From NCBI RefSeq assembly GCF_018350175.1, contig NC_058383.1:11224001-11288000 (forward strand): a stretch of 64,000 nt of DNA, in the 5' to 3' direction. Of this stretch, positions 1-12,902 are shown in pieces (position 1 is the first letter of the stretch; each line of letters starts with the position of its first letter). The notes under the pieces were generated by a model. The model was not told where the DNA came from. It worked only from the letters and a program-made list of their open reading frames with translations, and made no database searches. The translations under genes were made by a program, and so were the position numbers. The DNA is from Felis catus. Taxonomy: Eukaryota.

Positions 1-352
1 GCGATGGAGGAATGACAACGTCACCTTGAAGAGCGAGTCATCTGGAATTCTTAGTGGTGCCATTTTAGGGGACACCTGCTGCCTGAGTAAAGGTGAGGTC
101 CCTAGGAGAAGGTGTGGCTGGTGGAGGTCCGGCCCCATGGTGCAGAGAAGGATCCAGAAGTTCAGCCTAGACCCTGTTTCTCCAGCTCTCCCAAAGAGTC
201 TGTTCTCAATCTCTTTAAATTGAGGTTTATTTTTTTAATCTTGAAAGAATTGTAGATTTGCGTGCAGTTGTAAGAAATAATCCGGGAGGTCCCCTAGACC
301 CTCTACCCAGTTTCCACCAATGGTAGAATCTTGTAAAAACTACAGTAAATTT

Positions 353-620
353 CAGGGCGCCTGCATGGCTCAGTCGGTTGAGCGTCCAACTCTTGATTTC
401 CGCTCGGGTCATGATCTCATGGTTCGTGAGATCGAGCCCTGTGTGGGGCTCTGTGCTTACAGCCCGGAGCCTGGAGCCTGCTTCGGATTCTGTGTCTCCC
501 TCTCTCTCTGCCCTCCCCTGCTCACGCTCTCTCTCTCTCTCAAAAATACATGAACATTAAAAAGAGAGAGAGAGAGATCTTTAAAAAAAAACAAAGCAAA
601 ACAAACAAAAAACCAAAATA
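353..620 (+). mobile_element. Can-SINE (SINEC, tRNA-derived)
   Basis: GGGCGCCTG..GGCTCAGTCGGTT head (A box), B-box-like GAGATCGAGCCC, (CT)n tract, A-rich tail. Confidence 0.93.
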
Positions 621-759
621 ATACATCATAATCTCACACCCAGGGAGTTGACGCTGATACAATGCACTGAGCTTATTCATATTTCCACAGTTTTACGTGT
701 AAACGTGTGTGTTTAGTTTTCTGCAGTTGACTCAATAGTTTAAAAACTCACTCTTTTCC

Positions 760-1270
760 ACCCTTGTTTTATTGAGAGATAGTTGATGTGCAGAGGGTGG
801 ACAGCATAATAATTCGACTTACATTTTTTTTTCAAAATTATTTTTAATGTTCATTTACTTTTGAGACAGAGATAGAATGTGCGAGCAGGGCATGGGTGGG
901 GGGCAGAGGATCCGAAGCCGGTTCTGTGCTGACAGCAGACAGCCTGGTGCGGGGCTCGAACCCACGAACTGAGAGATCATGACCTGAGCTGAAGTCGGAC
1001 GCTTGACCTCCTGAGCCACCCAGGTGCCCCTGGACTTAAATATATTATGACATGATTGCCACAATCAGTTAAGATGCATCATCTCATATAGATAAAAAGA
1101 ACGAAAAGGCATGTTTTTTTTTTTTTTCCCTTGTGATCAGAACTCCTAGGATTTACTCTTAACTTCCCTACGTATCACACAGTGGTGGTAACTGTGGTTT
1201 TACGTCCCTAGCAGGTATTTATCTTATAATTGGAAGTTTGTACCTTTGGAGCCCCCTCATCCAATTTAAA
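760..1270 (-). mobile_element. L1 3' UTR fragment (L1MA/carnivore type) interrupted by a - strand Can-SINE at about 838-1030
   Basis: Resembles the reverse complement of an L1 3' end; the SINE ends GAGCCACCCAGGTGCCCC. Confidence 0.75.
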
Positions 1271-1284
1271 ATCACACTCTTCAT

Positions 1285-1585
1285 GGTAGAGTGTGCAACT
1301 CTTGACCTCAGGGTCGTGAGTTCGAGCTCTACATTGGGTTTCCTTAAAAAATAAAAGCTTAAAAATAAGGGGCACCTCGGTGGCTCAGTTGGTTAAGTGT
1401 CCAACTTCAGCTCAGGTCTAATGGCTCGTGGGTTCGAGCCCCGCGTCGGGCTCTGTGCTGACAGCTGGGAGCCTGGAGCCTGCTTCGGATTCTGTGTCTC
1501 CCTCTCTCTCTGCTCCTCCCTGACTCACGCTCTGTCTCTCTCTCAAAAATAAAGATGAAAAAAAAATTTTTTAATAAAAATAAAA
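1285..1585 (+). mobile_element. Two adjacent Can-SINEs (short 5'-truncated copy + full copy from about 1368)
   Basis: GTGAGTTCGAGC B box, GGGGCACCTCGGTGGCTCAG head, CT tract, A tails. Confidence 0.9.
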
Positions 1586-1589
1586 TCAT

Positions 1590-2015
1590 ACTCATTTTAG
1601 AATAGTTTTGAAATAACAGGAAACTTTCAAGGATACTACAGAGGTTCCTCTGTATCTTCACCCAGTTTCCCTATTGTTAACATCTTTCTTTGTATGGTGA
1701 ACCAATTTGTTACAATTGGTGAACCAATACTGACACATTAGCATTAACTGAAGCCCACGCTTTGTTCAGATTTCCCTAGTTTCTTTTTTAAAAGGTTTTA
1801 TTTTTAAGTGATCTCTCCACCCGAGGTGGAGTTTGAACTCATGACCCCGAGATCAAGAGTTGACGCTCTACCCACTGAGCCAGCCAGGTGCCCCCAGATT
1901 TCCCTAGTTTTTACCTGACATCCTTTTACCTTCCCAAGATTCCATCACCAAAACCACATTACATTTAGTTGCCATGTCATATGTCTCCTTAGGTTCTTCT
2001 TGGCTGTGGCAGTTT
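1590..2015 (-). mobile_element. Old L1 (L1MC-like) 3' UTR fragment with a short Can-SINE inserted at about 1783-1894
   Basis: L1MC-like text; SINE flanked by the direct repeat CAGATTTCCCTAGTTT. Confidence 0.75.
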
Positions 2016-2024
2016 ACTCAATAT

Positions 2025-2267
2025 TAAAAAAATTTTTTTGATATTTATTTTTATTTTTGATAGAGAGAGAGAGAGAGATAAAGAGAGAGACAGAGCATGA
2101 GCAAGGGAGGGCAGAGAGAGAGGGAGACACAGAATCCGAAGCAGGCTCCAGGCTCTGAGCTGTCAGCAGGGAGCCCGACGTGGGGCTCGAACCCACGAAC
2201 GCTCAGGTCAGGATCATGACCTGAGCCAAAGTCAGATGCTTCACCGACTTAGCCACACAAGCACCCC
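2025..2267 (-). mobile_element. Can-SINE
   Basis: T tract, (GA)n, GAGACACAGAATCCGAAGCAGGCTCCAGG body. Confidence 0.92.
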
Positions 2268-2412
2268 GGTTGACTCAACATTTAAAAATAAATTCCTTTT
2301 GTATGTGACCAGAGTGGACTCTGTTCTCTGCAGGAAGTGCTGCATGTGGCTTGTGACCCCATCTGCCAGCACTCACAGCCTCGTCCTTTATCCTCCATCA
2401 AGAACACCTCCT

Positions 2413-2572
2413 GGGGCGCCTGGGTGGCTCAGTCGGTTGAGCATCTGACATCGGCTCAGGTCATGATCTCACGGCTCTTGAGTTCGCGCCCCGTGTGGGG
2501 CTCTGGGCTGACAGCTCGGAGCCTGGAGCCCACTTCCAATTCTGTCTCCTCTCTCTGCCCCTCCCCTGCTCG

Positions 2573-2609
<37 letters not shown>

Positions 2610-2860
2610 AAATAAATAAACATTGGGGCACCTGGGTGGCTCAGTCGATTGGGCATCCAACTCTGGCTCAGGTTGTGATCTTGTGGTTCGTGAGTTCGAG
2701 CCCTGCGTCGGGCTCTGTGCTGACAGCCCAGAGCCCGGAGCCTGCTTCGGATTCTGTGTCTCCCTCTCTCTCTGCCCCTCCCCTGCTCAAACTCTGTCTC
2801 TCTCATCCTCTCAAAACTGAATACACATTTTAAGAAATTAAAAAAAAAAAATAAACATTA
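2413..2860 (+). mobile_element. Two head-to-tail Can-SINEs (about 2413-2622 and 2625-2860)
   Basis: Two GGGG(C/T)(G/A)CCTGGGTGGCTCAGTC heads, each with CT tract and A tail. Confidence 0.93.
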
Positions 2861-3817
2861 CAAAAATGAAGATTTCTCCCGGACAGTAAGAACTGCGTGT
2901 CCGAAGGGATCTCTTTCCGTGGCAACATGGCGGCACCACGTTCGACGTGAGGCCTTGGCATCTGCGGCCGGTTGGGCCTCGGCTTCCCTCCCGGCTCTCT
3001 CGCTCGCAAGCCGTGTGGACCTCAGGTCAGATCGCTGAGCTCTCTGTGCCCCATTTCCTCCTGTGCCGGTTTGGGACTGGCTGCATAATTTGTGGGACGG
3101 ACCCAACGGGAAATGAAAAGGCAGGGCCCTTGTTCGAAAATCAGGAAGGATTTCAAAATGGCTGGTGTGTGCACGTGTTGGGGGGGGTGGGTGCTTAAAT
3201 GAAAGAATGTCTTTAGGAAAGCACCCAGCACTGTTCCTGGCGCATAGTAGGTGGCCAGTAAATATTTGCCCAGTGAATGAAAGCACGAAAGCATTGAGGA
3301 GCTGTCCTTTGACACCCTGGCCTTAAGGATGGGCCCCCTCTGGGACCCGTACTCTCTACTCCTTCCCAGCTGGTGATTCCCCTCCGTGCAGGAAGAAAGG
3401 GAAGAAATCCGTGTGCTTATGGTTGGTGCCTACGTGTATGTGGTTGCATCGGAGGTAGGTAGGGATCCGTATGCCCATTCTGCAGATGGGAAGACAGAGG
3501 CTGGGGAAGGTTAGGAGTAGGGGAAGCTGTGGATACAGCTTTCCTTGGGGTTCCCGAGAGCCTTTGCCAGGACTGAGCTCAGACTTAAGGAACCCTCCCT
3601 GATCGAATCCACGAGGGAGCCTCAGTCACCATGGTCACAGTGGGAATGTCATCCCCTTTCTTGTGCCATCACTGGGCAGGGCCGGGGCAGGACAGGGGGC
3701 CACCAAGTCTTCTTCTGTCATAGTCTGTGGCTGAGGACAGCCTGCAAAGCCTCTAAGAACCAAAAGGTTGACACTGTGGTGGAGACTGAGGGGCCTCTAA
3801 GTCCCTACCACTGACAC

Positions 3818-3950
3818 TCCCGTGCCTCAGTTTCCTCATGTGTCAATAGAAGTTGCTGTAAGGATTCGGGGGTGGTGTGGGCAGGTGCTGGGTCCAGGCC
3901 TGACCCGTGGGAAGTGCCCGACAGCCGTCAGTTGTTATTATTGTTATTTT
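3818..3950 (+). mobile_element. MIR fragment
   Basis: GTGCCTCAGTTTCCTCAT core motif and TTATTATT tail. Confidence 0.6.
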
Positions 3951-5126
3951 TGTTACTTTGCGGATTCCCAAGGCCGGCCTTACTCCAGCTCTTCAGTGTC
4001 CTGGGAACTAATTCTGGAAAGGGCTACGGCCTGAGACTCTCGGAGGGTGTGATTTTGGGCAAATTGTGCCTCATTTCATGATCACCAAAATGCAGGTGTC
4101 TGGATGGCTGCCCGGCCCAGGAAGGCGTTGAGATCGCTGTCGGCAAAGTCGTAACTGAGTCCCGTGGAACCCCCACGCGGCCAAGTTTGGATCCTGAAGT
4201 CAGGAGGGCAGTGACGTTCATTCAAGGCTTGTGGAACGACTGGCAACTGGGGGGGGGGGGGGGGGTGGAGGGAGGGGGCGTCCTGGGGCTCCCGAGGGCC
4301 CCCGGATCCACAGCAGCCCGAGTCCCTCCTCGGCAGGTTGGGAGCGGTGTCCGGGCCCTCCTTCTGGGCATTGCAAGGAGGATTTTCTCCCTCGGGAGGG
4401 AATCTGGTCTCCTTAAAATCCTTTGCGACGATGCAAAGCCTGTCTGCAGCAGACACCGCGGGAACAGCTGGCGACGTATCAGCCGCATGTCGGTGAAAAG
4501 AGCAATTTATCAGGGGACGTCCCTCCCAGGGATCCGGGGCCTTTCAGAACATGATTGCAGTCAATGCGCCAGCCTTTCCAAAGTGTTTTATGCCACTCTC
4601 AGATGAGATAATGAAGCCCTTTAATTTACTGGTCGACTCCCAAACAGAGTGAGCGGGTCAGGCACCGGCCCTGCCCCAGGCCCGCAGCGACAGAAGGCTC
4701 GGGAGGCCGAGTGCCCCCGGCGCGTCGCCCTGAGCTCCTCCGCTGGGATGCCCAGCTTCCGGTGGCAGGTGGCGTGGGGTCCCCAGGAAGCCTCGGTGAG
4801 CCCCGGCCGTGCAGCATCCTTCGTGCGTATCTCCAAGCAGATCGCGGGCTCTCCGGAGGCCTCCATGACATCACCCGCAGAATGGGGATGACAACACGGC
4901 CATGGCAAGGTGGTGGTGAGGATTAGGGATAGTGCCGGGCGCTGGAAGCTGATCCATCATCGGAAATTGTCATCGGGTAGGGAAGTTGCTCTGGGAGGAA
5001 ACCGTGTTTGCTGCTGGCCCCGGGGAATCTTCACCAGCCGATGGCACCTGCAGCAGAGATGATCTGTCCCCACTGAGCTTTGCGAGAACTCCAGGTTCGT
5101 AAGTAAAATCAATGTTTTGTTGCTTG

Positions 5127-5315
5127 GCGCCGTTAAGCGTCCGGCTCTTGATCTCGGCTCAGGTCATGCTCTCACGGTCGTGGGATCGAGCCCCGCATCG
5201 GGCTCTGCGCTGAGCCTGCTGGGGATTCTCTGTCTGCCTCTCTCCCTGCCCCTCCCCCGCTGGCACATGCACGTTCTCTCCCTCAGACTAAATAAATCAA
5301 CAACAACAACAACAG
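5127..5315 (+). mobile_element. Can-SINE, 5'-degenerate, (AAC)n tail
   Basis: GTTAAGCGTCCGGCTCTTGATCTCGGCTCAGGTCATG body. Confidence 0.88.
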
Positions 5316-6039
5316 TGTTTTGTTGCTTGAAGCCACATAGTTTGGCTTCACGGCAGTAGATACCGGATACGAGGTCGCCCAGCGTTCTCCTGCGTTCTTG
5401 TTCCCCGGGACCCAGACCCGGGATCCCTGGGGCTGAGCGCAGGGTCGACCAGAGGGACCCATCTAGCACCATCCATTTGGGTCTGACATTTATCTTCCTG
5501 CAGGGGGCGTCTCTTCCTCAGAAGCTCTGGAGTCTGGAGGGCCAGGGTGTAGATTAGAGCAGGACCCCTTCTCCTCCTCTCTTATTTCCTAGGAAATCAA
5601 AGACTGAGACTGCCCCGCCCCCTTCTCTCCGGATGGCTTCCCAGGGCCATATGCAGAGGCTGATGCTGGGTGGGGGGGGAATGTTGGGGAGCGTCCTCCT
5701 GTGTCTGCATAAGGCCCCAAGCCACTTTGTCACCTACTTGCAGACTGTACAAGCAAATACTCAATAAGCATTTGAAAAAGGGCTCAGCCTCAGGATTAGC
5801 AAGGAGATGCCAACTCCCCCCCCACCCCCCCACTATGATTACTTGCAAAGGCGTGTTGTTCAGACCGCCTCCCATGAATTTGTGGCCTCACTCCGTGTGG
5901 TCCAGCTCCCTTAGAATGGCTAAAATATTTTGAAAAAAAGTTACAGAATTGTATCTATCGAAATTCCTTACTTGTTCTCCCCAAGGGGTAAAGCCCATCC
6001 TGTTTTTCTCGTTTTGAAACTTTGTAAACCAGAACTAGA

Positions 6040-6527
6040 CGGGCACATGTACGGTCAGTTGATTTTTGACAAAGGAGCAAAGGCGATCCAATAGAGAAAC
6101 GGGCATCATTTCCACAAATGCTGTTGTTGGGCCAACTAGACACCCATGTAAAAAAAAAAAAAAAAAAAAAAAAAAGATTCTCTCTATCTCACGACTTACA
6201 TGGAAATTCACTCAAAATGGATCACAGACCTAAATGCAAAACCTAAAATTAAAATACTCCTGGAAGGAAACAAAGGAGAAAAATCTTTGTGATTTTCGGT
6301 TAGGCAAAAATTCTTTCAGGCGTATTTTTTAAATTTCATTTTTCAGTGATCTCTGCACCCACCTTGGGGCTCAAACCCACAACCCCGAGATCAAGAATCG
6401 TGTGCTCCACTGACCGAGCCATCCAGGCGCCCCTTAGATACAGTTTTTTTTATATCCACGGGGTATTAAAGAAAAATATGCTAAATTAGGCTTAATCAAA
6501 ATTAAGAGTATGTGTTTTTCTTATTTC

Positions 6528-6566
<39 letters not shown>

Positions 6567-7805
6567 TTATTTTAGAAAGAGAGAGCACATGTGGGGGAAA
6601 GGGGCAGAGGGAGAGAGAGAGAGAGAGAGACAAAGACAGAGACAGAGTGGAGGAGGGGAGAGGCAGAGAGAGAGGGAGACACAATCTGAAACAGGCTCTG
6701 GTCTCTGAGCTGTCAGCACAGAGCCTGATGCGGGGCTCGAACCCAGGAACCATGATATCATGACCTGAGCCGAAGTCGGACGCTCAACTGACTGAGCCAC
6801 CCAGGTGCCCCTGATTTTCTTTCTTTTAAAGCTTATTTTTTTTTTAATTAATCTTTACACCCAATGCGTGGCTTGAATTCACGACCCTGAGATCAAGAGT
6901 CACATGTTCTTCTGACTGAGCCAGCCCGGTGCCCCCAAAGCATCCGATTTTCAAAAGACATTTAAGAAAACGGAAAGGCAAGTTCCAGACTAGGAGAAAA
7001 AATATTTGCAAAACTCATGTGATAAAGAACTTGTATCCAGAATATACCGGATCCTTGAAACTCAACGATAAGGAAACAACCCAATTAAAAGTAGCCAAGA
7101 AGGTATATGGATGCTAAACGAATACACGGAATGGCGCTCAGCTGGTAGAGAAATGCAATTAGCAACACAATGCGCGACCCCTAGGCACCTTAGAATGACT
7201 TTGGAAACAAAGTTGACGACACCAAATGCTGGCGACCATGCACTAGAACTCTTACCCGAAACTGTGCAGGAAAGTTGGACACTGGTTTGGCAGCTGGTTG
7301 TAAAACTGAATATACACTCACCCGATGACCCAGCACCTCTGTTTCTGCTTGTTGATCCAGGAGAAATGAAAACTTCATATTTGCACAGAAACCAGTCCAC
7401 CGATGTTTACAGAAGGGTTCTCCACAATTGCCCATAACCTGGAAACAACCCAGTTGCGCTGTAACCAGTGGATAGATAAATAAATCGGGACGTTCGGGTG
7501 ATGGAATACCATTTAGCAATAAAAACCGTGGATACACGCGATAACTTGGATGAGTCTCAAACACTTGGTAAGTGGATAAAGCCAGGCGCCAAAGGTTACA
7601 TACGGTCTGCTTACAGGGGTTGTGGGTGGAGGGACAGGATTCGGTGCCTACAGACGAGCGCCGAGGAATTTTAGGAGGTGTTGGAGCTGTTTTATATCTT
7701 GACTGCGATGGTGACCGCACAACGTATGCATCTGTTACAACCTACAGAATTATACACCAAGAAGAGTAAATTTTACTGTATGTAAATTATATCTCAGTAA
7801 ACTAG
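6040..7805 (+). mobile_element. Old L1 ORF2 3' end and 3' UTR, split by three - strand Can-SINEs (about 6330-6433, 6515-6811, 6830-6935)
   Basis: TTGATTTTTGACAAAGG, CTCAAAATGGATCACAGACCTAAATG and GGAAACAACCCAG motifs typical of L1 ORF2 C-terminus and 3' UTR; many stops. Confidence 0.88.
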
Positions 7806-7837
7806 GCTAAAACTATTGCACCTAAAAGCATTTCATG

Positions 7838-8370
7838 AGGATGCCTGCGTGGCTCAGTCGGTTAAGCATCTGACTGCGGCTCGGGTCATGGTCTCACCAT
7901 TTCTGAGTTCGAGCCCCACGTCGGGATCCGTATGGACAGGTCAGATTCTGTGTCTCCCTCTCTCTCTCTCTGCCCCTCCTCTCCTCCCACTCTGTCTGTC
8001 TCTCTCTCAAAAATAAACGTTAAAAAATAAAAGCATTTTATGGGGGCATCTGGCTGGCTCAGTCAGAAGAGCACGTGACTCTTGATGTTGGGGTCGTGAG
8101 TTCGAGGGCCACGTTGGGTGTAGAGATTCCTTAAATAAAAGTAAAGGGGCGCCTGGGTGGCTCAGTTGGTTAAGCGTCCGACTTCGGCTCAGGTCGTGAT
8201 CCCTCAGTTCATGGGCTCGAGACGGATGTGAGGCTCTGTGCTGACAGCTCAGAGCCTGAAGCCTGTTTCAGATTCTGTGTCTCCCTCTCTCTGCCCCTCC
8301 CCCACGCATGCTGTGTCTCTGTCTCTCTCTCTGTCAAAAATAAACTTAAAAAAAAAAAGTGAAAAATAAA
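7838..8370 (+). mobile_element. Cluster of three Can-SINEs (about 7838-8030, 8043-8140, 8146-8370)
   Basis: Three GGCTCAGT heads, GTTCGAG B boxes, A tails. Confidence 0.92.
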
Positions 8371-9420
8371 ATAGAAACATTTTATGTGCGTGGAATGCTA
8401 CTGTATGTATATTCTGCAACTTTTTGTTGCTTACCATTAAGGATTTTTTGAGATTTATATGAATTGACACTATGTATATTCTGGAGAACAGGTGCTGAGA
8501 TTTCTCTCGAGGATACTTACTTGGGATATGGAATAGATGGGGCACCCCGTGTGAACATCTTCACTTTGATTTCCAAAAGCTTAGACCAACGGACACTTTA
8601 TTACCAGTGTGTGTTTCATTTTTTCTCCACCTCCGTCAACAAGTGTGTTACCAGACTTTAACGTCTGCTTAGCTGATGGATGTAAAATGGTGTTTCGTTG
8701 TTGTTCTATTTTGCAGTTTCCCTGATTACGAGTGAGACTGATGCATAGGTTCGTCGGTCATTTGGGTTTTTTCTTCTGTGACTTGCCTTTCTATATTCTT
8801 TGTTTCTTTTTTCCCTTTCGATGGTTTTAGATGTCTTTTTCTTCTTGCTTTGTATGAAGATTTTTTTTCCCCATCCCCTTCTGGATTACAATCCCCTGTA
8901 TGGCTAGCAGATACCGTCTCAGTCCACAGATTGTCTTTTAACAATGTTAATAGTATTGTTTATCGATAGAAGTTTGTAATTTTAATATGATTGAGGGTTT
9001 TGGTTTTTTTTTTTTTGGTCTTTTTTTCTTTATGGTTCGTGCTTTTTGTGTCTTATCTAAGAAATCCTTCTCTCTGTCAAGGTCACGAAGGATATTTTTC
9101 CTGTAAACTTTTGAAAGTTTTGCCTTTCACATCTAAGTCTTTACTTCACCTGGAATTGATCTTTTTGTATGATGTAGGGATCTAATTTAAATTTTTCCGT
9201 ATGCATGACCCTACACCATTTACTGAAGAGTCCACCCTTTTCCCACTGATTTAGACATGCTTTGGGCACTCCATTCAATTCAATTGGTCTACTTTTCTGT
9301 CCTTGTATCTATGCACCACCTTAATTCTACAATAAATCTGTCTAGGGCTATTTTTGGCCCTTTGTTCTTCCCTCTCTCTCTCTCTCTCCCCCCCACCCCG
9401 TCTCCCTCTCTCTCTATATA

Positions 9421-9783
9421 TATAATGCTAAGTGAAATAAGTCAGTCAGAGAAAGACAGATATCGTATGTTTTCACTCATATGCGGAATTTGAGAAACTT
9501 AACCGAAGACCATGCGGGAAGGGAAGGGAAAGAAATAGTTTCAAAGAGAGGGAGGCAAACCATAAGAGACTCTTAAATACAGAGAACAAACTGAGGGTTG
9601 ATGGGGGTGGGGGAGAGAGGACAGCGGGTGATGGGCATTGAGGAGGGCACTTGCTGGGATGAGCATTGGGTGTTGCATGGGGAAGCGATGAATCATGGGA
9701 ATCGACTCCTGAAGCCAAGAGCACACTGTATGTTGGCTAACTTGACAATAAATTATATTAAAAAAACAAACAAACAAAAAAAG
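9421..9783 (+). mobile_element. 5'-truncated carnivore/felid L1 3' end with A-rich tail
   Basis: ATGCTAAGTGAAATAAGTCAGTCAGAGAAAGAC, ACAAACTGAGGGTTGATGGGG, GGGCACTTGCTGGGATGAGCA, AATAAA and A tail. Confidence 0.9.
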
Positions 9784-9803
9784 AAGCACCTTGGCAAATT
9801 TCC

Positions 9804-10035
9804 TTTTTCTATTTAAAAAAAAATTTTTTTTTCAATGTTTATTTATTTTTGGGACAGAGAGAGACAGAGCATGAACAGGGGAGGGGCAGAGACAGAGGGA
9901 GACACAGAATCGGAAGCAGGCTCCAGGCTCCGAGCCATCAGCCCAGAGCCTGACGCGGGGCTCGAACTCACGGACCGCGAGATCGTGACCTGGCTGAAGT
10001 CGGACGCTCAACCGACTGCGCCACCCAGGCGCCCC
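9804..10035 (-). mobile_element. Young felid SINE (SINEC_Fc)
   Basis: Near-consensus body; 17-bp TSD CACCTTGGCAAATTTCC at 9787-9803 and 10037-10053. Confidence 0.96.
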
Positions 10036-10339
10036 ACACCTTGGCAAATTTCCGAAGAGGCTTTTGGATTTTTTTTTTTTTTGAAATTCTATTTAATTTA
10101 TAGATACATTTGGGCAGAATGTGCACCTTTATGATATTGAATCTTCCCATCCATGAATACGGTATACATTTCTTTATTCACTCAGATATTCTTGTTGAGT
10201 CTTTCAATAATGTTTTGTAACTTGCGCCATAAAGGTCTTGCACAACCTTTGCTGGATTTATTTTAGGTGCCTGGTAGTTTTTAATTTAGTTTTTTATTTC
10301 TTGCTGTGGTAAATGTAATTTTAAAAGTAACACATTCTA

Positions 10340-10555
10340 AGGGTGCCTGGATGGCTCAGTCAATTGAGCACCCAACTCCTGATTTCAGCTCAAGTCATGA
10401 TCTCATGGTTTGTGGGTTCTGGCTGTGCATGGGGCTTCATGCTGGCATTGTAGAGCCTGCTTGGGATTCTCTCTCTCTCCCTCTCTCTTTGCTCCTCCCC
10501 TGCTCATGCTCATGCTCTCTCAAAACTAAATAAATAAACTTAAAAAATAAAAATA
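10340..10555 (+). mobile_element. Can-SINE (older)
   Basis: GGGTGCCTGGATGGCTCAG head, GAGCCTGCTTGGGATTCTCTC body. Confidence 0.9.
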
Positions 10556-10899
10556 TATATTCTAGTGACTAGTAGTACATAGGAATGTTATCGATTTTTA
10601 TATGTCAATCTTATATACAGCAATCTTGCTGACTTCAAGTTTACGTCATACTTTCTCCAGGTACACTTTTCTTTTTTACTTCATGTCTTTTATTTCTTTT
10701 ACTTGTCTTCTTTCATTGGCTAGGTACTTTGCTGTGATACCGAGGGGAAGCAGTGATAGAGTATATCTTTCATTGTTCTGAGTTTAATTGGACTGTCTCT
10801 AATACTCTACCCTTAAAAATAGTATTTGCAGCAAGTTTTCAACAAATACTCTTCACATTAGGAACATTATATTCTATTTCTAGATTACATCTTATTTTT

Positions 10900-11117
10900 A
10901 CTTTTTTTAAAAAAATGTTTGTTTATTTTGAGAGAGAGAGAGAGACAGAGTGCAAATGGGGAAGGGGCAGAGAGACAGGGAGACACAGAATCGGAAGCAG
11001 GCTCCAGGCTCTGAGCTGTCAGCACAGAGCCCGACGCGGGGCTCAAAGCCACACGCTGTGAGAGCATGACCTGAGCTGAAATCAGGTGATTAACCGACTG
11101 AGCCACCCGGGTGCCCT
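10900..11117 (-). mobile_element. Can-SINE
   Basis: Standard antisense body ending GAGCCACCCGGGTGCCC. Confidence 0.92.
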
Positions 11118-11167
11118 GACACCTGGAATTATTAATGACCTAAAAAGGCCATGCATTTATCATTACC

Positions 11168-11878
11168 TGCTGTGAGCTGAATTGTGTCCTACCCCATTCA
11201 GATTCACATGTTGAAGTTCTACCTTGTTTTTTACATTTTTATTTTAAGGAGGCTCCACGCCCAATGTGGGGCTTGAACTCATGACCCAGAGATCGAGAAT
11301 CACACACTTCTCTGCCTGAGCCAGTCAGGTGCCCCGACATATTGAAGTTCTAACTCCCAGTACCTCAGAATGCATTTGGAGATGGGGCCTTTATTTTTTA
11401 TTATTATTTTTAGGGGCAGAGAGAGGGAGACAGAAGATGCAAAGCGGGTTCCACACTGACAGTAGCGAGCCCGACGTGGGGCTCGAACTCATGAACTGTG
11501 AGATCACAACGCAAGAGGTAGTCGGATGCTCAACCGACTGAGCCACCCAGGCACCCCTGGAGATGGGGTCTTGCGAGAAGCAATTAAATAAAAAATGAGG
11601 TCATTATGATGGTTGGGCCCTCATCCAGTCTGACCGGTGTCCTTATAAGAGGAAATCCGGACACACAGAGACACCAGATATATGTGGGCCCAGAGGAAAG
11701 ACCACGTGAAGACACATCAAGAGGACGGCCATCGACAAGCCGAGGGGAGAGGCCTCAAAAGAAACCAGCCCGGCCGATACCTTGATCTTGGACTTCCGGC
11801 CTCTAGAACCGCGAGGAAGTTAATTTCTGACACCCATGGGTGCCGTCGATGTATTTGTTACGGCAGTCCTAGCAAATG
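11168..11878 (+). mobile_element. MaLR solo LTR (MLT1B-like) carrying two - strand Can-SINEs (about 11225-11336, 11390-11558)
   Basis: TGAATTGTGTCC start, GGTGTCCTTATAAGAGGAAAT, CCTTGATCTTGGACTTCCGGCCTCTAGAAC; TSDs ACAT(G/A)TTGAAGTTCTAAC and TGGAGATGGGG(C/T)CTT. Confidence 0.88.
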
Positions 11879-12315
11879 GCTCCAGATTTCACACGCAAGT
11901 CCAGATGTTACGGGGGTCATTGGAGACCCAGGCTCTTTCTATCTTGTTTACCTGCCGTCCTCAACGTGATCTGCCATCAGGCCGGCGTTTCAGCCATCCG
12001 GGAGAGAGACAGAAGGAAAGGGCGGCCCAGAGCCTGCAAGCAGGGCTGTGCCCAGGTGTCACATGTAGCCACAAAGGCTGCTGGGTGGCCATACACGTCC
12101 TAAAGCTTCCACTACTTTGTAGGTAATAGAGAATGGGTCGGGGGGAGACCAGTCTCCGCCTTAGGTTTCTTTTTAAAATTCCTTTCTATTCTTTATTTTC
12201 CACCCCATTATTTCTGATCTATTTTTGTTATTTCTGTCTTTGTACTTTCTCTAGCTTTGCTCTGGTGTCCTTTCCCTGGCTCCTTCTTTTGATCATTTAT
12301 GTTGGATCTCTCTTG

Positions 12316-12640
12316 AGGTGCCCGGCTGGCTCAGTCAGTAGAGGATGTGACTCTTGATCTCGGGGTTGTGAGTTCCAGCCTCATGTTGGGGGTAGAGATT
12401 AGTTAAAAAAATTTAAAAGGAGTACATTTTGGGGGGACCACGGGGCTCAGTCGATTAAGCGTCCAACTTCGGCTCAGGTCGTGATCTCACTGTGTGTGTG
12501 TTTGAGCCCCACATTGGGCTCTGTGCTCTCAGCACAGAGCGCACTTTGGATCCTTTGTCCCCCTTTCTGTCTGCCCCTACATGTGCTCTCTCTCTCTCCC
12601 TAAAATAAATAAAACCTTACATTATTTTTTTTAAAAAGAG
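12316..12640 (+). mobile_element. Two Can-SINEs (short copy about 12316-12420; full copy about 12431-12640)
   Basis: GGCTCAGTC heads; GAGTACATTTT duplicated around the second copy. Confidence 0.88.
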
Positions 12641-12902
12641 TACATTTTTAATCTTCCTTGATTTTTTAATACATGACTGTAAGGCTAAATAAACCTTTCC
12701 CTCTGACAGCAATTTACTTGCATTTCACAAGTGTTACCTCTAATGTCATGAGTTACCAAGCATTTGTCATTTTAAGTACAATTTCCTGTTTACCCAGGAA
12801 TTTTTAGGTTTCCAAAGTTTAAAAATTTACTTTCAAGATTTATTCTTGAGTCCCATTTTAATTGTATTGTGGTCAGAGGATGTAGTCCATAGGCTCTAAA
12901 TT

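Larger units (their letters stand above)
8390..10880 (-). mobile_element. Old L1 (L1M) ORF2 fragments hosting younger insertions
   Basis: T-rich antisense L1 text, e.g. ATATTGAATCTTCCCATCCATGAATACGG. Confidence 0.7.

Noticed and set aside
353..440. tRNA-like A and B boxes
   Set aside because: These are the tRNA-derived heads of SINEs; there is no complete cloverleaf or independent tRNA gene.
320..2833. Recurrent ORFs with MAQSVERPTSAQVMIS... or RGRERGRHRI... peptides, here and throughout the window
   Set aside because: They are translations of Can-SINE bodies in different frames, not genes.
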